NCBI GenBank assembly: GCA_038209745.1
Contig: JBBQXJ010000097.1
Coordinates: 1 to 15,866 of the forward strand
DNA from: Verrucomicrobiota bacterium
GTDB lineage: Bacteria > Verrucomicrobiota > Verrucomicrobiia > Limisphaerales > CANJSG01
Direction of reading: 5' to 3'
Length of the DNA stretch: 15,866 nt
Part shown: in pieces, positions 1-7,766 of the stretch
Position numbering within the stretch: position 1 is the first letter of the stretch
How the letters are laid out: every line of letters begins with the position of its first letter
The notes under the pieces: model-generated
The model's database searches: none
Seen by the model: the letters and a program-made list of their open reading frames with translations, nothing else
Told to the model about the DNA's origin: nothing
Program-made: the position numbers and the translations under genes

Positions 1-35
1 GGTCTGCGGTTTTCGACTTTGTTGGGTCGAATCGT

Positions 36-66
36 CGCCGGACGGTCCGGCGGGCCTTTTTGTTTT
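36..66 (+). terminator. Possible intrinsic terminator or palindromic site upstream of gspF
   Basis: CGCCGGAC-G-GTCCGGCG palindrome at 36-52, then GGCC and a T-rich run TTTTTGTTTT at 57-66. The T-tract is offset 4 nt from the stem. Confidence 0.35.
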
Positions 67-124
67 GTAGTCCGTTGAGAATACAACTTTTCCGCCGGTC
101 CGGTTTTCATACAGTTGCGTCGTC

Positions 125-1393
125 ATGCCACAGTTCAGCTACAAAGCCAGGAGTCGATCGGGCGAAGTCGTCGAGGGAGCCCTCGAAGCCGCCGACCGTT
201 CCGCCGTGCTCTCGCAGATCGAGCGACTGGGGCTGTTTCCTGTCGCGGTGGCGGATGTGAAGGGAGCGGCGGCCAAGGCGGCGCGCAACGGAGCGGCCAA
301 GCCGGCGGCGCAGGTGCCCTTTGCCGGGCTCTTCAAGAGCCGGGGCCGGCGGCGCAAGCCGAAGCTGGTGGAGCTGGGCAACTACGCGCATCAGCTGGCC
401 AATCTGTTGAAGGCGGGTATGCCCCTGGTTAGCGCCCTGAACAGCATGGGGTCGCTGGAGACCAAGGGGATTCCCGGGGAGATCAGCAAGCAGCTGAAGC
501 AGGACGTGACCGAGGGCAAGGGATTGTCCGACGCGATGCGGAAGCAGGACGGCATTTTTTCGGACCTGTTCATCAACATGGTGAAGGCGGGTGAACAGAG
601 CGGAGCCCTGGTGGACGTGCTCCGGCGCATGGGCGAGCACTATGTGCGGTTCGCCGAGCTGCAGTCGAAGTTCACCTCCGCGATGATCTATCCGGCGTTC
701 ATCTTCACGCTGGGCATCGGCATCATGATCTTCTTCATGACCTTCATGCTGCCGAACTTCATGAAGATCTTCGACGGGATGAAGGTGCCGCTCCCGATGG
801 CGACGCAGGTGCTGGTGGGCTTCGGGCATTTCATGGGGCAATACTGGTGGGTGATCGTCCTGATGATCGTGGCGGTGTTCATCGTCTTCTACCGCTACGC
901 GTCCACGGCCAAGGGCAAGCGCGCGATCGACGCCTTCAAGATGCGGGCGCCGGTGCTGGGGAAAGTGGTGAAGCTGAATCTCTACGCGCAGTTCGCCCGG
1001 ACCCTCTCGACGCTGCTGAAGAACGGGGTGCCGGTGTTGACTGCGTTGAAGATCTCCGAGGAGGTCGTGCCGAACATTTTGCTCAAGGAGGCGCTGAACA
1101 AGGCGCGCGAGGAGGTGACGGACGGCAAGACGCTTTCGCAGCCGCTGCTGCGCTGCAACCTGTTCCCCCAGCTGATGGTGGACATGGTCCGCATCGGCGA
1201 GGAGACGGGCGACGTGCCTTCGGCCCTGGCCAACGTGGCGGAGACCTACGAGAACGAGCTGAAGACGGCCATCGAAGTCATGATGAGCCTGATCCAGCCG
1301 GTCATCATCGTCGTCATGGCGCTTTTCGTCGGGCTGCTGCTCTACAGCGTGTTGTCGGCGATGTTCGCCATCACCTCGTCCATCGGTCGCTGA
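125..1393 (+). CDS. gspF: Type II secretion system F family inner-membrane platform protein (GspF/PilC)
   Basis: 422 aa. N-terminus MPQFSYKARSRSGEVVEGALEA; two repeated T2SSF domains (QLANLLKAGMPL...MVKAGEQSGAL and TLSTLLKNGVPV...MVRIGEETGDV); MIYP followed by hydrophobic TM segments; C-terminal TM. Confidence 0.95.
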   Translation: MPQFSYKARSRSGEVVEGALEAADRSAVLSQIERLGLFPVAVADVKGAAAKAARNGAAKPAAQVPFAGLFKSRGRRRKPKLVELGNYAHQLANLLKAGMPLVSALNSMGSLETKGIPGEISKQLKQDVTEGKGLSDAMRKQDGIFSDLFINMVKAGEQSGALVDVLRRMGEHYVRFAELQSKFTSAMIYPAFIFTLGIGIMIFFMTFMLPNFMKIFDGMKVPLPMATQVLVGFGHFMGQYWWVIVLMIVAVFIVFYRYASTAKGKRAIDAFKMRAPVLGKVVKLNLYAQFARTLSTLLKNGVPVLTALKISEEVVPNILLKEALNKAREEVTDGKTLSQPLLRCNLFPQLMVDMVRIGEETGDVPSALANVAETYENELKTAIEVMMSLIQPVIIVVMALFVGLLLYSVLSAMFAITSSIGR

Positions 1394-1977
1394 TGAGCGG
1401 ATTCCTCCCAGTTCCAGTGTCTTCGGCGGGGCGGACGAACCCGCCTCGGGCCTTGCCGCAGAGGGGATCGACAGTTCCTCGTGTTTCCGGAGGCGGCTTT
1501 ACGTTGATCGAGATGATGATCGTGATCGCGATCGTGGCGCTGGTGCTGTCGATCGGGATTCCGAGCATGTTCCGCTCGATGAACAAGGAGGGAATGCGCA
1601 AGGCGACGAGCGATCTGTTGGAAGCCTGCGCCGCGGCGCGGTCGGCCGCCATCATCTCGGGCAAGACCGTCGAACTGGTCTTCCGGCCGGGCGACAAGAC
1701 CTTCATCGTGTCGGGCGGGGGCGCTTCCCAGGAGACCGGGCAGACCGGCTCCAAGATCGAGGCTCCTACGTTTTCCGGCAGGTTGCCGGACGGGATCGAT
1801 TTCGCTGGACTGCTGCTCTACGGAGACGAGGTGACCCAGGAGGAGGAATTCCGCGTGAAGTTCTACGCCAACGGCACCAGCGACCAGTTTGGCGCCGTCA
1901 TCACGTCGGGGCCGGAGGTGAGATCGATCACGCTGGAAGTGATCACCGGGACGGCGGATCTGGAGGTGGTGCGATGA
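1393..1977 (+). CDS. gspH: GspH/FimT-like minor pseudopilin
   Basis: ATG at 1393 overlaps the gspF stop (TGATG). Class III signal G|FTLIEMMIVIAIVALVL; FimT/GspH-like ARSAAI and FYANGTS motifs. The 847 start in the ORF track lies inside gspF and is not credible. Confidence 0.8.
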   Translation: MSGFLPVPVSSAGRTNPPRALPQRGSTVPRVSGGGFTLIEMMIVIAIVALVLSIGIPSMFRSMNKEGMRKATSDLLEACAAARSAAIISGKTVELVFRPGDKTFIVSGGGASQETGQTGSKIEAPTFSGRLPDGIDFAGLLLYGDEVTQEEEFRVKFYANGTSDQFGAVITSGPEVRSITLEVITGTADLEVVR

Positions 1978-2399
1978 ACTGTGGACTGGATCGAGACCGG
2001 GTGGCGACGCGTCGGCGGGCGGAACGGGGCGCCTTCACGCTGGTGGAAGTGATGATGGCGGTGGCGATCTTCGTGATGTGCATGTTCGCCATCCTGTCGC
2101 TGGTCAGCCAGAACCTGCGGGCCGCCCGGTCGTTGACCATCCAGACGCCCCATGCCGGGGTGTTGGCGGCGCAATTGTGCCTGACCAACAAACTGGAGGA
2201 AGGGGTCGAGTCGGGCAACTTCGGAGACCTTTATCCCGGCTATGATTGGCATCGCGAAGTGGTGTGGGCCGGGTCCAACGGCCTGTTCCGGGTCCACTTC
2301 GTGATCAGCCGCGGCGGGCAGGAGGATTCCACCCTGGAGGTCGAGGTCTACAAACCCCGATCAACGCCGCCCGGACTTGGACGGGGGTTTGGACGATGA
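1974..2399 (+). CDS. gspI: GspI-like minor pseudopilin
   Basis: ATGA overlap with the previous gene. Basic leader, then A|FTLVEVMMAVAIF; ESGNFGDLYPGYDW resembles the GspI core; position between H- and J-like genes. Confidence 0.78.
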   Translation: MNCGLDRDRVATRRRAERGAFTLVEVMMAVAIFVMCMFAILSLVSQNLRAARSLTIQTPHAGVLAAQLCLTNKLEEGVESGNFGDLYPGYDWHREVVWAGSNGLFRVHFVISRGGQEDSTLEVEVYKPRSTPPGLGRGFGR

Positions 2400-3232
2400 A
2401 GACGAACCGACCCTTCCGCCGGGCCGCAGCCGCCTTCACTTTGGTCGAAGTGATGATGGCGATCGGCATCTTCGCGATGGTGCTGACGGCGATCTACGGG
2501 ACTTGGTCCTCGGTGACCAAGGGAACCCGGGCGGGGCTCACGGCCGCCTCCGACGCGCAACGCGAGCGGATGACCCGCAAGGTGATCGAGGACGCGTTGA
2601 CCACCTACCAGGGCTTCGCCAGTTCGAACTATCTGATCGATGTGGGCCATGACGGGGATTTCTCCTACATCAGCCTGGTGTCCCGGCTGCCGGAGTCGTT
2701 TCCAGGCTCGGGTATCTTCGGCGGACAGGCCATGCGCCGCGTCTCTTTCTGGGTCGCGGCGGACAAGACGAGCGGCGGAAACCGCCTCTACATGTCGCAG
2801 TTTCCGCCGTTGCTGGCCACCAACGGCCTGGTCCAGCCGTATGTGATTCCCTTGGCGACGGATGTGACCAAGTTCCAGATCCAGTTCTGGGACGACCTGG
2901 AAGGCGACTTCTTCCCGCCCGAATCCGGTCCCACGAACCAAATGCCCAAGCAGATCAAGGTCGAGATGACGTTCGGCGGCCGCCGCAAGGACGAACAACT
3001 GCGCGTGATGACCTCGATCATCGCGCCGGCTTCCACCGCCGTGACGGCGGACATGCAGAGTCCTTCGGCTTCAGCGGCGGCGGCGGCGGCGGCACGGATC
3101 GGCCGTTTGCCGGGCGGCCGCAACGGCCCCAACGACGGCACTGTTCCGGGCCAGGGCCGACTTGGACGGGGCGGCCCGGGTGGAGGACGGGTTCTCCAGC
3201 CTCCCAAGAGTCGCGGGGGCGGTGGTCAATGA
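2396..3232 (+). CDS. gspJ: GspJ-like minor pseudopilin
   Basis: ATG at 2396 overlaps the gspI stop (ATGA). MKTNRPFRRAAAA|FTLVEVMMAIGIF; 278 aa; VTKFQIQFWD and MPKQIKVEMTF fit the GspJ C-terminal region. Confidence 0.78.
   Translation: MKTNRPFRRAAAAFTLVEVMMAIGIFAMVLTAIYGTWSSVTKGTRAGLTAASDAQRERMTRKVIEDALTTYQGFASSNYLIDVGHDGDFSYISLVSRLPESFPGSGIFGGQAMRRVSFWVAADKTSGGNRLYMSQFPPLLATNGLVQPYVIPLATDVTKFQIQFWDDLEGDFFPPESGPTNQMPKQIKVEMTFGGRRKDEQLRVMTSIIAPASTAVTADMQSPSASAAAAAAARIGRLPGGRNGPNDGTVPGQGRLGRGGPGGGRVLQPPKSRGGGGQ
3074..3091 (+). repeat. (GCG)6 trinucleotide run encoding poly-Ala in the GspJ tail
   Basis: gcggcggcggcggcggcg read directly, in frame with AAAAAA. Confidence 0.8.
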
Positions 3233-4329
3233 GAACATTGTTCAAGCGAAATTCCCGCCGGAGCGGCATCGCGCTCGTGATGGTGATGCTCGTGGTCATG
3301 ATCCTCACGGTCGTGGCGGGGGCTTTCGCCTATCGGATGCGCGTGGAGATGCGCCTGGCCCGTCACGTGAACAACGATGCCGATCTGGAATGGATCGCCC
3401 GGTCGGCGGTGGAGCGGGTGAAGTTCCTCATCGGGCAGAAGGAGCGGATTCCGCTCGAGGCGAACTACGAGGCGAACAACCAGATCTGGGCCGGCGGCAC
3501 CGGCGCCACGAACTCGGTCCTATCGGATTTTGCCGTGCAGCCCGTCGAGATCAACGGCGGGAGCTACACCTACAAAGTCTTCGACAACGAGAGCAAATTT
3601 AACATCAACCTGGCGGATGAGACCGTCCTCCGGCAGGCGCTCATCCTCATGGGCGTGGATGCGGGCGAGTTTCCGACCATCGTGGATTCGATCCTCGATT
3701 GGATCGATACCGACAACAACACGCACATCGCCGGCGCCGAAACCGACTACTACATGAGCCTGCCCACGCCCTACGTGGCGAAGAACGGCCTGATCGACGA
3801 CATCTTCGAGCTGGAGCTGATCAAGGGCATCACGCCCGCGATGTTCTGGGGACCGGCCATCGCCGGGGTGAGGCCGTCGAGATTCGCCCCGGGTGGTTCG
3901 GGTTCGCGCCCGGTGACTCGGCGGGCGGGCGAGGAAGCGGTCTATCCCGTCGGACTGAAGGATCTGTTCACTGCCATTTCCGGTGGCCGGATCAACATCA
4001 ACCGCGCCGATGCAACGATGCTCCAGATCATCCCCGACGTGGACGCGAACACGGCCCAGGCGATCATCAACTGGCGGAACGGCCCGGACGGGGTGCCCGG
4101 CACCGAGGACGACCAGCCGTTCCGCAACGTCGGCGAATTGAGAAACGTCGGCGCGTTCAGCCAACCAATGATCGCCGCCGTCTCGCGCTACGCCGACGTC
4201 CGGAGCCACAGCTTCCAGATCGAGATCGAGGTGGAATACAAAGGCACCAAACGGCATTACGACGCGTTGATTCGAAGGTCGAACCAAGATCCGAGCGACT
4301 TCGTGGTGGTGCAGTTCTCCTGGAAGTAG
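3229..4329 (+). CDS. gspK: General secretion pathway protein GspK
   Basis: ATGA overlap. RRSG|IALVMVML (no E5, typical of GspK); DNESKFNINLA, DSILDWIDTD, GAETDYY, KNG, ELELIKGIT and GRININRA motifs. Confidence 0.92.
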   Translation: MRTLFKRNSRRSGIALVMVMLVVMILTVVAGAFAYRMRVEMRLARHVNNDADLEWIARSAVERVKFLIGQKERIPLEANYEANNQIWAGGTGATNSVLSDFAVQPVEINGGSYTYKVFDNESKFNINLADETVLRQALILMGVDAGEFPTIVDSILDWIDTDNNTHIAGAETDYYMSLPTPYVAKNGLIDDIFELELIKGITPAMFWGPAIAGVRPSRFAPGGSGSRPVTRRAGEEAVYPVGLKDLFTAISGGRININRADATMLQIIPDVDANTAQAIINWRNGPDGVPGTEDDQPFRNVGELRNVGAFSQPMIAAVSRYADVRSHSFQIEIEVEYKGTKRHYDALIRRSNQDPSDFVVVQFSWK

Positions 4330-4374
4330 CGGCGAAGGATTCCCGGCGGACCGCTCCGGTTCCCATCTTTAAAA

Positions 4375-4620
4375 CCAAGAAACCACCGGATTCAGAGATC
4401 CTCTGGGCCGGAACGAGGCAGTGGGATCGGGGATCACGCACGCTCCCGGCGCAGTGACCGCGCCCTCGCACTCCATCGGATAAGCGGGAAACGATGCACC
4501 GCCTCTTGTGTCCGGACGCGCCCGATTCCGGCGCGTGGCGCGCCGGGCGGCAGCCGGGGCGGCTGCGATCACGAATCATTCCCACTGCCTCGTTCCGGCT
4601 GAACCAAGTGGTTTTCGTGG
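4375..4620. repeat. Intergenic element with long terminal inverted repeats (MITE/REP-like or structured RNA)
   Basis: Perfect 20-bp IR: GCCGGAACGAGGCAGTGGGA (4407-4426) and TCCCACTGCCTCGTTCCGGC (4580-4599). An imperfect outer extension pairs 4375-4394 with 4600-4620. Internal hairpins at 4528-4546 and 4550-4566. Confidence 0.8.
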
Positions 4621-4659
4621 GTCGAAGCGCATGACCCGACCTCAAGTTGACCGCGTCGG

Positions 4660-5901
4660 CTATCGGCGCCGTTTGGCTGGGCCGAAGTAGTAGCCGCCGT
4701 GGACGCGGACGGCCTTGATGCTGGTGGTGTGGAGGGCCGGGCGGCCTTCTTTGCCGTCGTCCAACACCCTAGAGTAGGTGTAGTCGAAGCCTTCCAGCTT
4801 TTCGCGCGGGATCTTCTTGGAAATGAACTGCTCGATGTGGTGAACGTGCTTGGCGTCCTCCGCGACCATGATGGTGAAGGCATCGCCCGAGGCTTCGGCC
4901 CGGCCGGTCCGGCCGATGCGGTGCACGTAGTCTTCAGGATGTTGCGGCACGTCGTAGTTGATGACGTGGCTGACGCTGGCGATGTCGAGCCCGCGCGCGG
5001 CGATGTCGGTGGCCACGAGGACTTCGTACTTTCCGTCGCGGAAGCCCTGCAGCGCTTGTTCGCGTTCGCGCTGGGTCCGGTTGGAATGGAGCACGGCCAC
5101 GGCGTGGTTGCTCTTCTTGAGCTGGGCGGCGGCGCGGTCCGCTCCGTGTTTGGTCCGGCAGAAGATGATGACCGAGTCGTAGTTCACGCGGTCGAGCAGC
5201 GCCAGGAGCAGGGCGGTCTTCTGGGCTTCGGCCACGGGGTAGATGACATGTTTGACCGTCTCGGCCACGGAGCGGCGGGCGCCGATCTCGATGGTTTCCG
5301 GATCGGTCATGCACCACTTGATCAAGGTTTCGATCTGCGGAGGGACGGTCGCCGAAAAGAGCATCGTCTGGCGTTCCTTCCCGGTGCAGCGCTGCAGAAT
5401 GCTCTTCACGTCGGGCAGGAAGCCCATGTCGAGCATCCTGTCGGCCTCGTCGAGGACGAGACTCTGGATCTTTTCGAGCTTGGTGGTGCCTTGCTGCAGA
5501 TGGTCGAGCAGACGGCCGGGGGTGGCGACGAGGACGTCGACCCCATTGGCCAAGTCCTCGCGTTGCTTGCCATAGCCGACGCCGCCGAAGATCACGGAGA
5601 CGCGGAGATCGGTGAACCGGCAATAGTCACGGACGGCGGTCTCGACCTGGGCGGCCAGTTCGCGGGTCGGCTCAAGGATGAGGACGCGGGGCAGACCCTC
5701 CTGATGGGAGCCGAGGCGGGAAAGAATCGGGAGGGCGAACGCGGCGGTCTTGCCGGTGCCCGTCTGCGCGCTGCCGATGAGGTCGCGTCCCTCCAGGATG
5801 ATCGGAATGGCCCGGAGCTGGATCGGCGTCGGCGTGATGAACCCCATGGCCTTGACGCCTTGCATGATCTGTGGCGCGAGGCCGAGTGCGGTGAAACCCA
5901 T
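4660..5901 (-). CDS. DEAD-box ATP-dependent RNA helicase (RhlE-like)
   Basis: 413 aa with the full motif set: Q motif GFITPTPIQ, AQTGTGKT, PTRELA, GG, TPGRL, DEAD, SAT, ATDIAARGLD, HRIGRTGRA. Confidence 0.96.
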   Translation of the reverse strand: MGFTALGLAPQIMQGVKAMGFITPTPIQLRAIPIILEGRDLIGSAQTGTGKTAAFALPILSRLGSHQEGLPRVLILEPTRELAAQVETAVRDYCRFTDLRVSVIFGGVGYGKQREDLANGVDVLVATPGRLLDHLQQGTTKLEKIQSLVLDEADRMLDMGFLPDVKSILQRCTGKERQTMLFSATVPPQIETLIKWCMTDPETIEIGARRSVAETVKHVIYPVAEAQKTALLLALLDRVNYDSVIIFCRTKHGADRAAAQLKKSNHAVAVLHSNRTQREREQALQGFRDGKYEVLVATDIAARGLDIASVSHVINYDVPQHPEDYVHRIGRTGRAEASGDAFTIMVAEDAKHVHHIEQFISKKIPREKLEGFDYTYSRVLDDGKEGRPALHTTSIKAVRVHGGYYFGPAKRRR

Positions 5902-5908
5902 GGGATGG

Positions 5909-5917
5909 ACGCTAACA
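5909..5917 (-). promoter_or_regulatory. Candidate extended -10 promoter (TGnTAGCGT) for a leaderless helicase transcript
   Basis: Minus strand reads TG-T-TAGCGT-CCATCCC-ATG; no Shine-Dalgarno sequence. Confidence 0.35.
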
Positions 5918-5996
5918 GCCTGAACGCGTCAAGGGAAGCGGCGTTACGGAGCACCGAGCCCGGGCGGCTTTGGGTCGGCGATCGTGGAAAGTTCTG

Positions 5997-7766
5997 TCAG
6001 CGGATCGCGGTGCGGAGCCGATCCCCGAGGCCCGAGGCGCGGCGCACCCGGCGGCCGACCGCTTCGGCCAACCCGGTTTCAGTGGCCCAGAGCTCCGCTT
6101 TCCGCTTCGCCCGGGTGAGCCCGGTGTAGACCAGTTCCCGGGTGCAGACCGGGGAATCTCCGGGAGGAAGGACGACGAGGACTTCATCAAACTCAGAGCC
6201 CTGGCTCTTGTGGACGGTGATGGCGAAGGCGGTCCCGTGCGGCGGCAACTGTGCCGGACTGAAGGCCCGAAGTCCCGGGCCGCTGCCGAACCAGACTCTG
6301 AGCTGGCCTCTGTCGTCGGGCCAGACGACCCCGAGATCGCCGTTGAAGAGACCCTGCTGGGGATCGTTCGCGGTCACCAGGATTTGGCGGCCCGGATACC
6401 AGGTCTGGCCGGCGCGGCGCAGGCCGGACTGTTCCAGGCGGGCTTCGATCGCCTGGTTGATGCCTTCGACGCCGAAGGCGCCACGGCGGACCGCGCACAG
6501 GATCTGGAACCTTGCGGCGGCCTTGACGGCCATTTCGGCGGACGCGGCCTGGAAGCGGGACTGGAGCCGTTGGTCGAACAAGTCTCCGAGGAGCGGCCGC
6601 AGTTCCCGGTCGGAGCGAGGAGTTTTCCAAGCGACGTCAGCCTTTCCTTCGAGCTCGTTGAGGGCGGCCAACACCGCTGGGGCTTCTCCCGTGCGGACGA
6701 GGGCGGCGATCCGGCCGATGGCGGAATCGGCTCCGAAGCGGAAGTTCCGCTGGAGCTCGACGGCGGTCGGAATGGCGGGCCCGGTCGGATTGACGCCGAC
6801 TGCGTCGCAGATGTCGCCGAGGACGTAGCCGGCATCGACGGAGGCGAGCTGATCCTTGTCGCCGAGGAGGACGAGGCGGGCGGCGGGCTTCAACGCGGTG
6901 ACCAGCCGGCACATCATGGCGAGATCGACCATGCTGGCTTCATCGACCACGACGAGGTCATGGGGCAGGAGATTCTCGGGTCCATGCCGGAAACGGCGAC
7001 CGTCGGCCGAGGCGCCAAGGAGGCGATGCAGGGTCGTGGCCGAGGAATTAGGAAGAGCCTCCCCGCTTTGACCCTCTTCTCCAGTGGAAGCGGGCGACGG
7101 AGCCGGAGCGTTCTTCCAGAGTCCTTGCCGAGTGTGCTCGATGGATTCCTGGAGACGGGCGGCGGCCTTTCCAGTGGGCGCGGCGAGGGCGATGCGGAGG
7201 CCGGGGTTCAATCGGCCGAGGGCGTGAAGGAGGACGGCGGCGGTGCGGGTTTTGCCGGTGCCGGGCCCGCCGGAAATGATGGCGAAGGGGCGGCGGCAAC
7301 CGGCTTCGACGGCGAGCGCTTGCCAGTCGGTCTCGCCCGTGGCGGGTTTCATGCCCGCCTGTTCCAGCACCTCGGCCAAGACGGATTCTTCGAGGGCAAG
7401 GTCGGGCCGGGTGAGCCAGCCGTTGAGACGCGAGGCGAGGCGCGATTCGTAGTCGTGCAGCCGATGGAGGTAGAGACGGTCGAGATCGAGAACGAGGGGC
7501 AGGGCCCCGGACGCCGGGTGCCGGATGACCGAAGTCTGGCCGACGAGGCCGCTGGCGACCAAACGATCCGGGTCGATCCCGGCGGCGCGCAGTTCAGCGA
7601 GCGGCACACAGGCGTGGCCGGAACGTTCCGCCATGACGACGGCCTGGGCGGCGGCTTCGACGGTGTCGTGATCCGATACGGCCATGGCGCGGAGCGTGCG
7701 GGCGACGTGTTTGGCCAGAGTCAGCGACGCATCGTCCAGGACGGAGGGCTTGATGGGAGGAGTCAT
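5997..7766 (-). CDS. recD: Exodeoxyribonuclease V alpha subunit RecD (SF1B 5'-3' helicase)
   Basis: ATG at 7766 (MTPPIKP) overlaps the recB stop; 589 aa. GHACVPL, PLVL...RLYLHR, GGPGTGKT, LAAPTGKAAARL, TLHRLLG, DEASM, LGDKDQL, AITVHKSQGSEF, RELVYTGLTRAK. Confidence 0.95.
   Translation of the reverse strand: MTPPIKPSVLDDASLTLAKHVARTLRAMAVSDHDTVEAAAQAVVMAERSGHACVPLAELRAAGIDPDRLVASGLVGQTSVIRHPASGALPLVLDLDRLYLHRLHDYESRLASRLNGWLTRPDLALEESVLAEVLEQAGMKPATGETDWQALAVEAGCRRPFAIISGGPGTGKTRTAAVLLHALGRLNPGLRIALAAPTGKAAARLQESIEHTRQGLWKNAPAPSPASTGEEGQSGEALPNSSATTLHRLLGASADGRRFRHGPENLLPHDLVVVDEASMVDLAMMCRLVTALKPAARLVLLGDKDQLASVDAGYVLGDICDAVGVNPTGPAIPTAVELQRNFRFGADSAIGRIAALVRTGEAPAVLAALNELEGKADVAWKTPRSDRELRPLLGDLFDQRLQSRFQAASAEMAVKAAARFQILCAVRRGAFGVEGINQAIEARLEQSGLRRAGQTWYPGRQILVTANDPQQGLFNGDLGVVWPDDRGQLRVWFGSGPGLRAFSPAQLPPHGTAFAITVHKSQGSEFDEVLVVLPPGDSPVCTRELVYTGLTRAKRKAELWATETGLAEAVGRRVRRASGLGDRLRTAIR

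Noticed and set aside
847..1392. N-terminal extensions in the ORF track for gspH (847), gspJ (2246), recD (8153) and recC (15726)
   Set aside because: They run through neighbouring genes or a terminator; downstream ATGs at stop/start overlaps or family-conserved N-termini fit better.
1974..2460. Ala instead of Gly at the -1 position of the GspI and GspJ prepilin cleavage sites
   Set aside because: Ala at -1 is an accepted class III signal variant and not evidence of inactivation.
3985..4145. ComEA-like helix-hairpin-helix appearance in GspK (RININRAD...IPDVD...AQAIINWR...PFRNVGEL), suggesting a DNA-uptake system linked to RecBCD
   Set aside because: This helical domain is a normal part of GspK, the hairpin GhG motif is replaced by acidic PDVD, and no comEC or dprA is present in the window.
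4330..4659. CRISPR array, tRNA or small CDS in the intergenic region
   Set aside because: Only two repeat copies, in inverted orientation; no cloverleaf seen; the short ORFs merely read through the inverted repeat (SHCLVPA appears on both strands).
364..4727. E. coli Chi octamer GCTGGTGG at 364, 811, 2039 and 4720 on the + strand
   Set aside because: Three are Leu-Val codon pairs (CTG GTG) that are common in GC-rich genes; significance needs genome-wide statistics, and this RecC lacks several Chi-contact residues.
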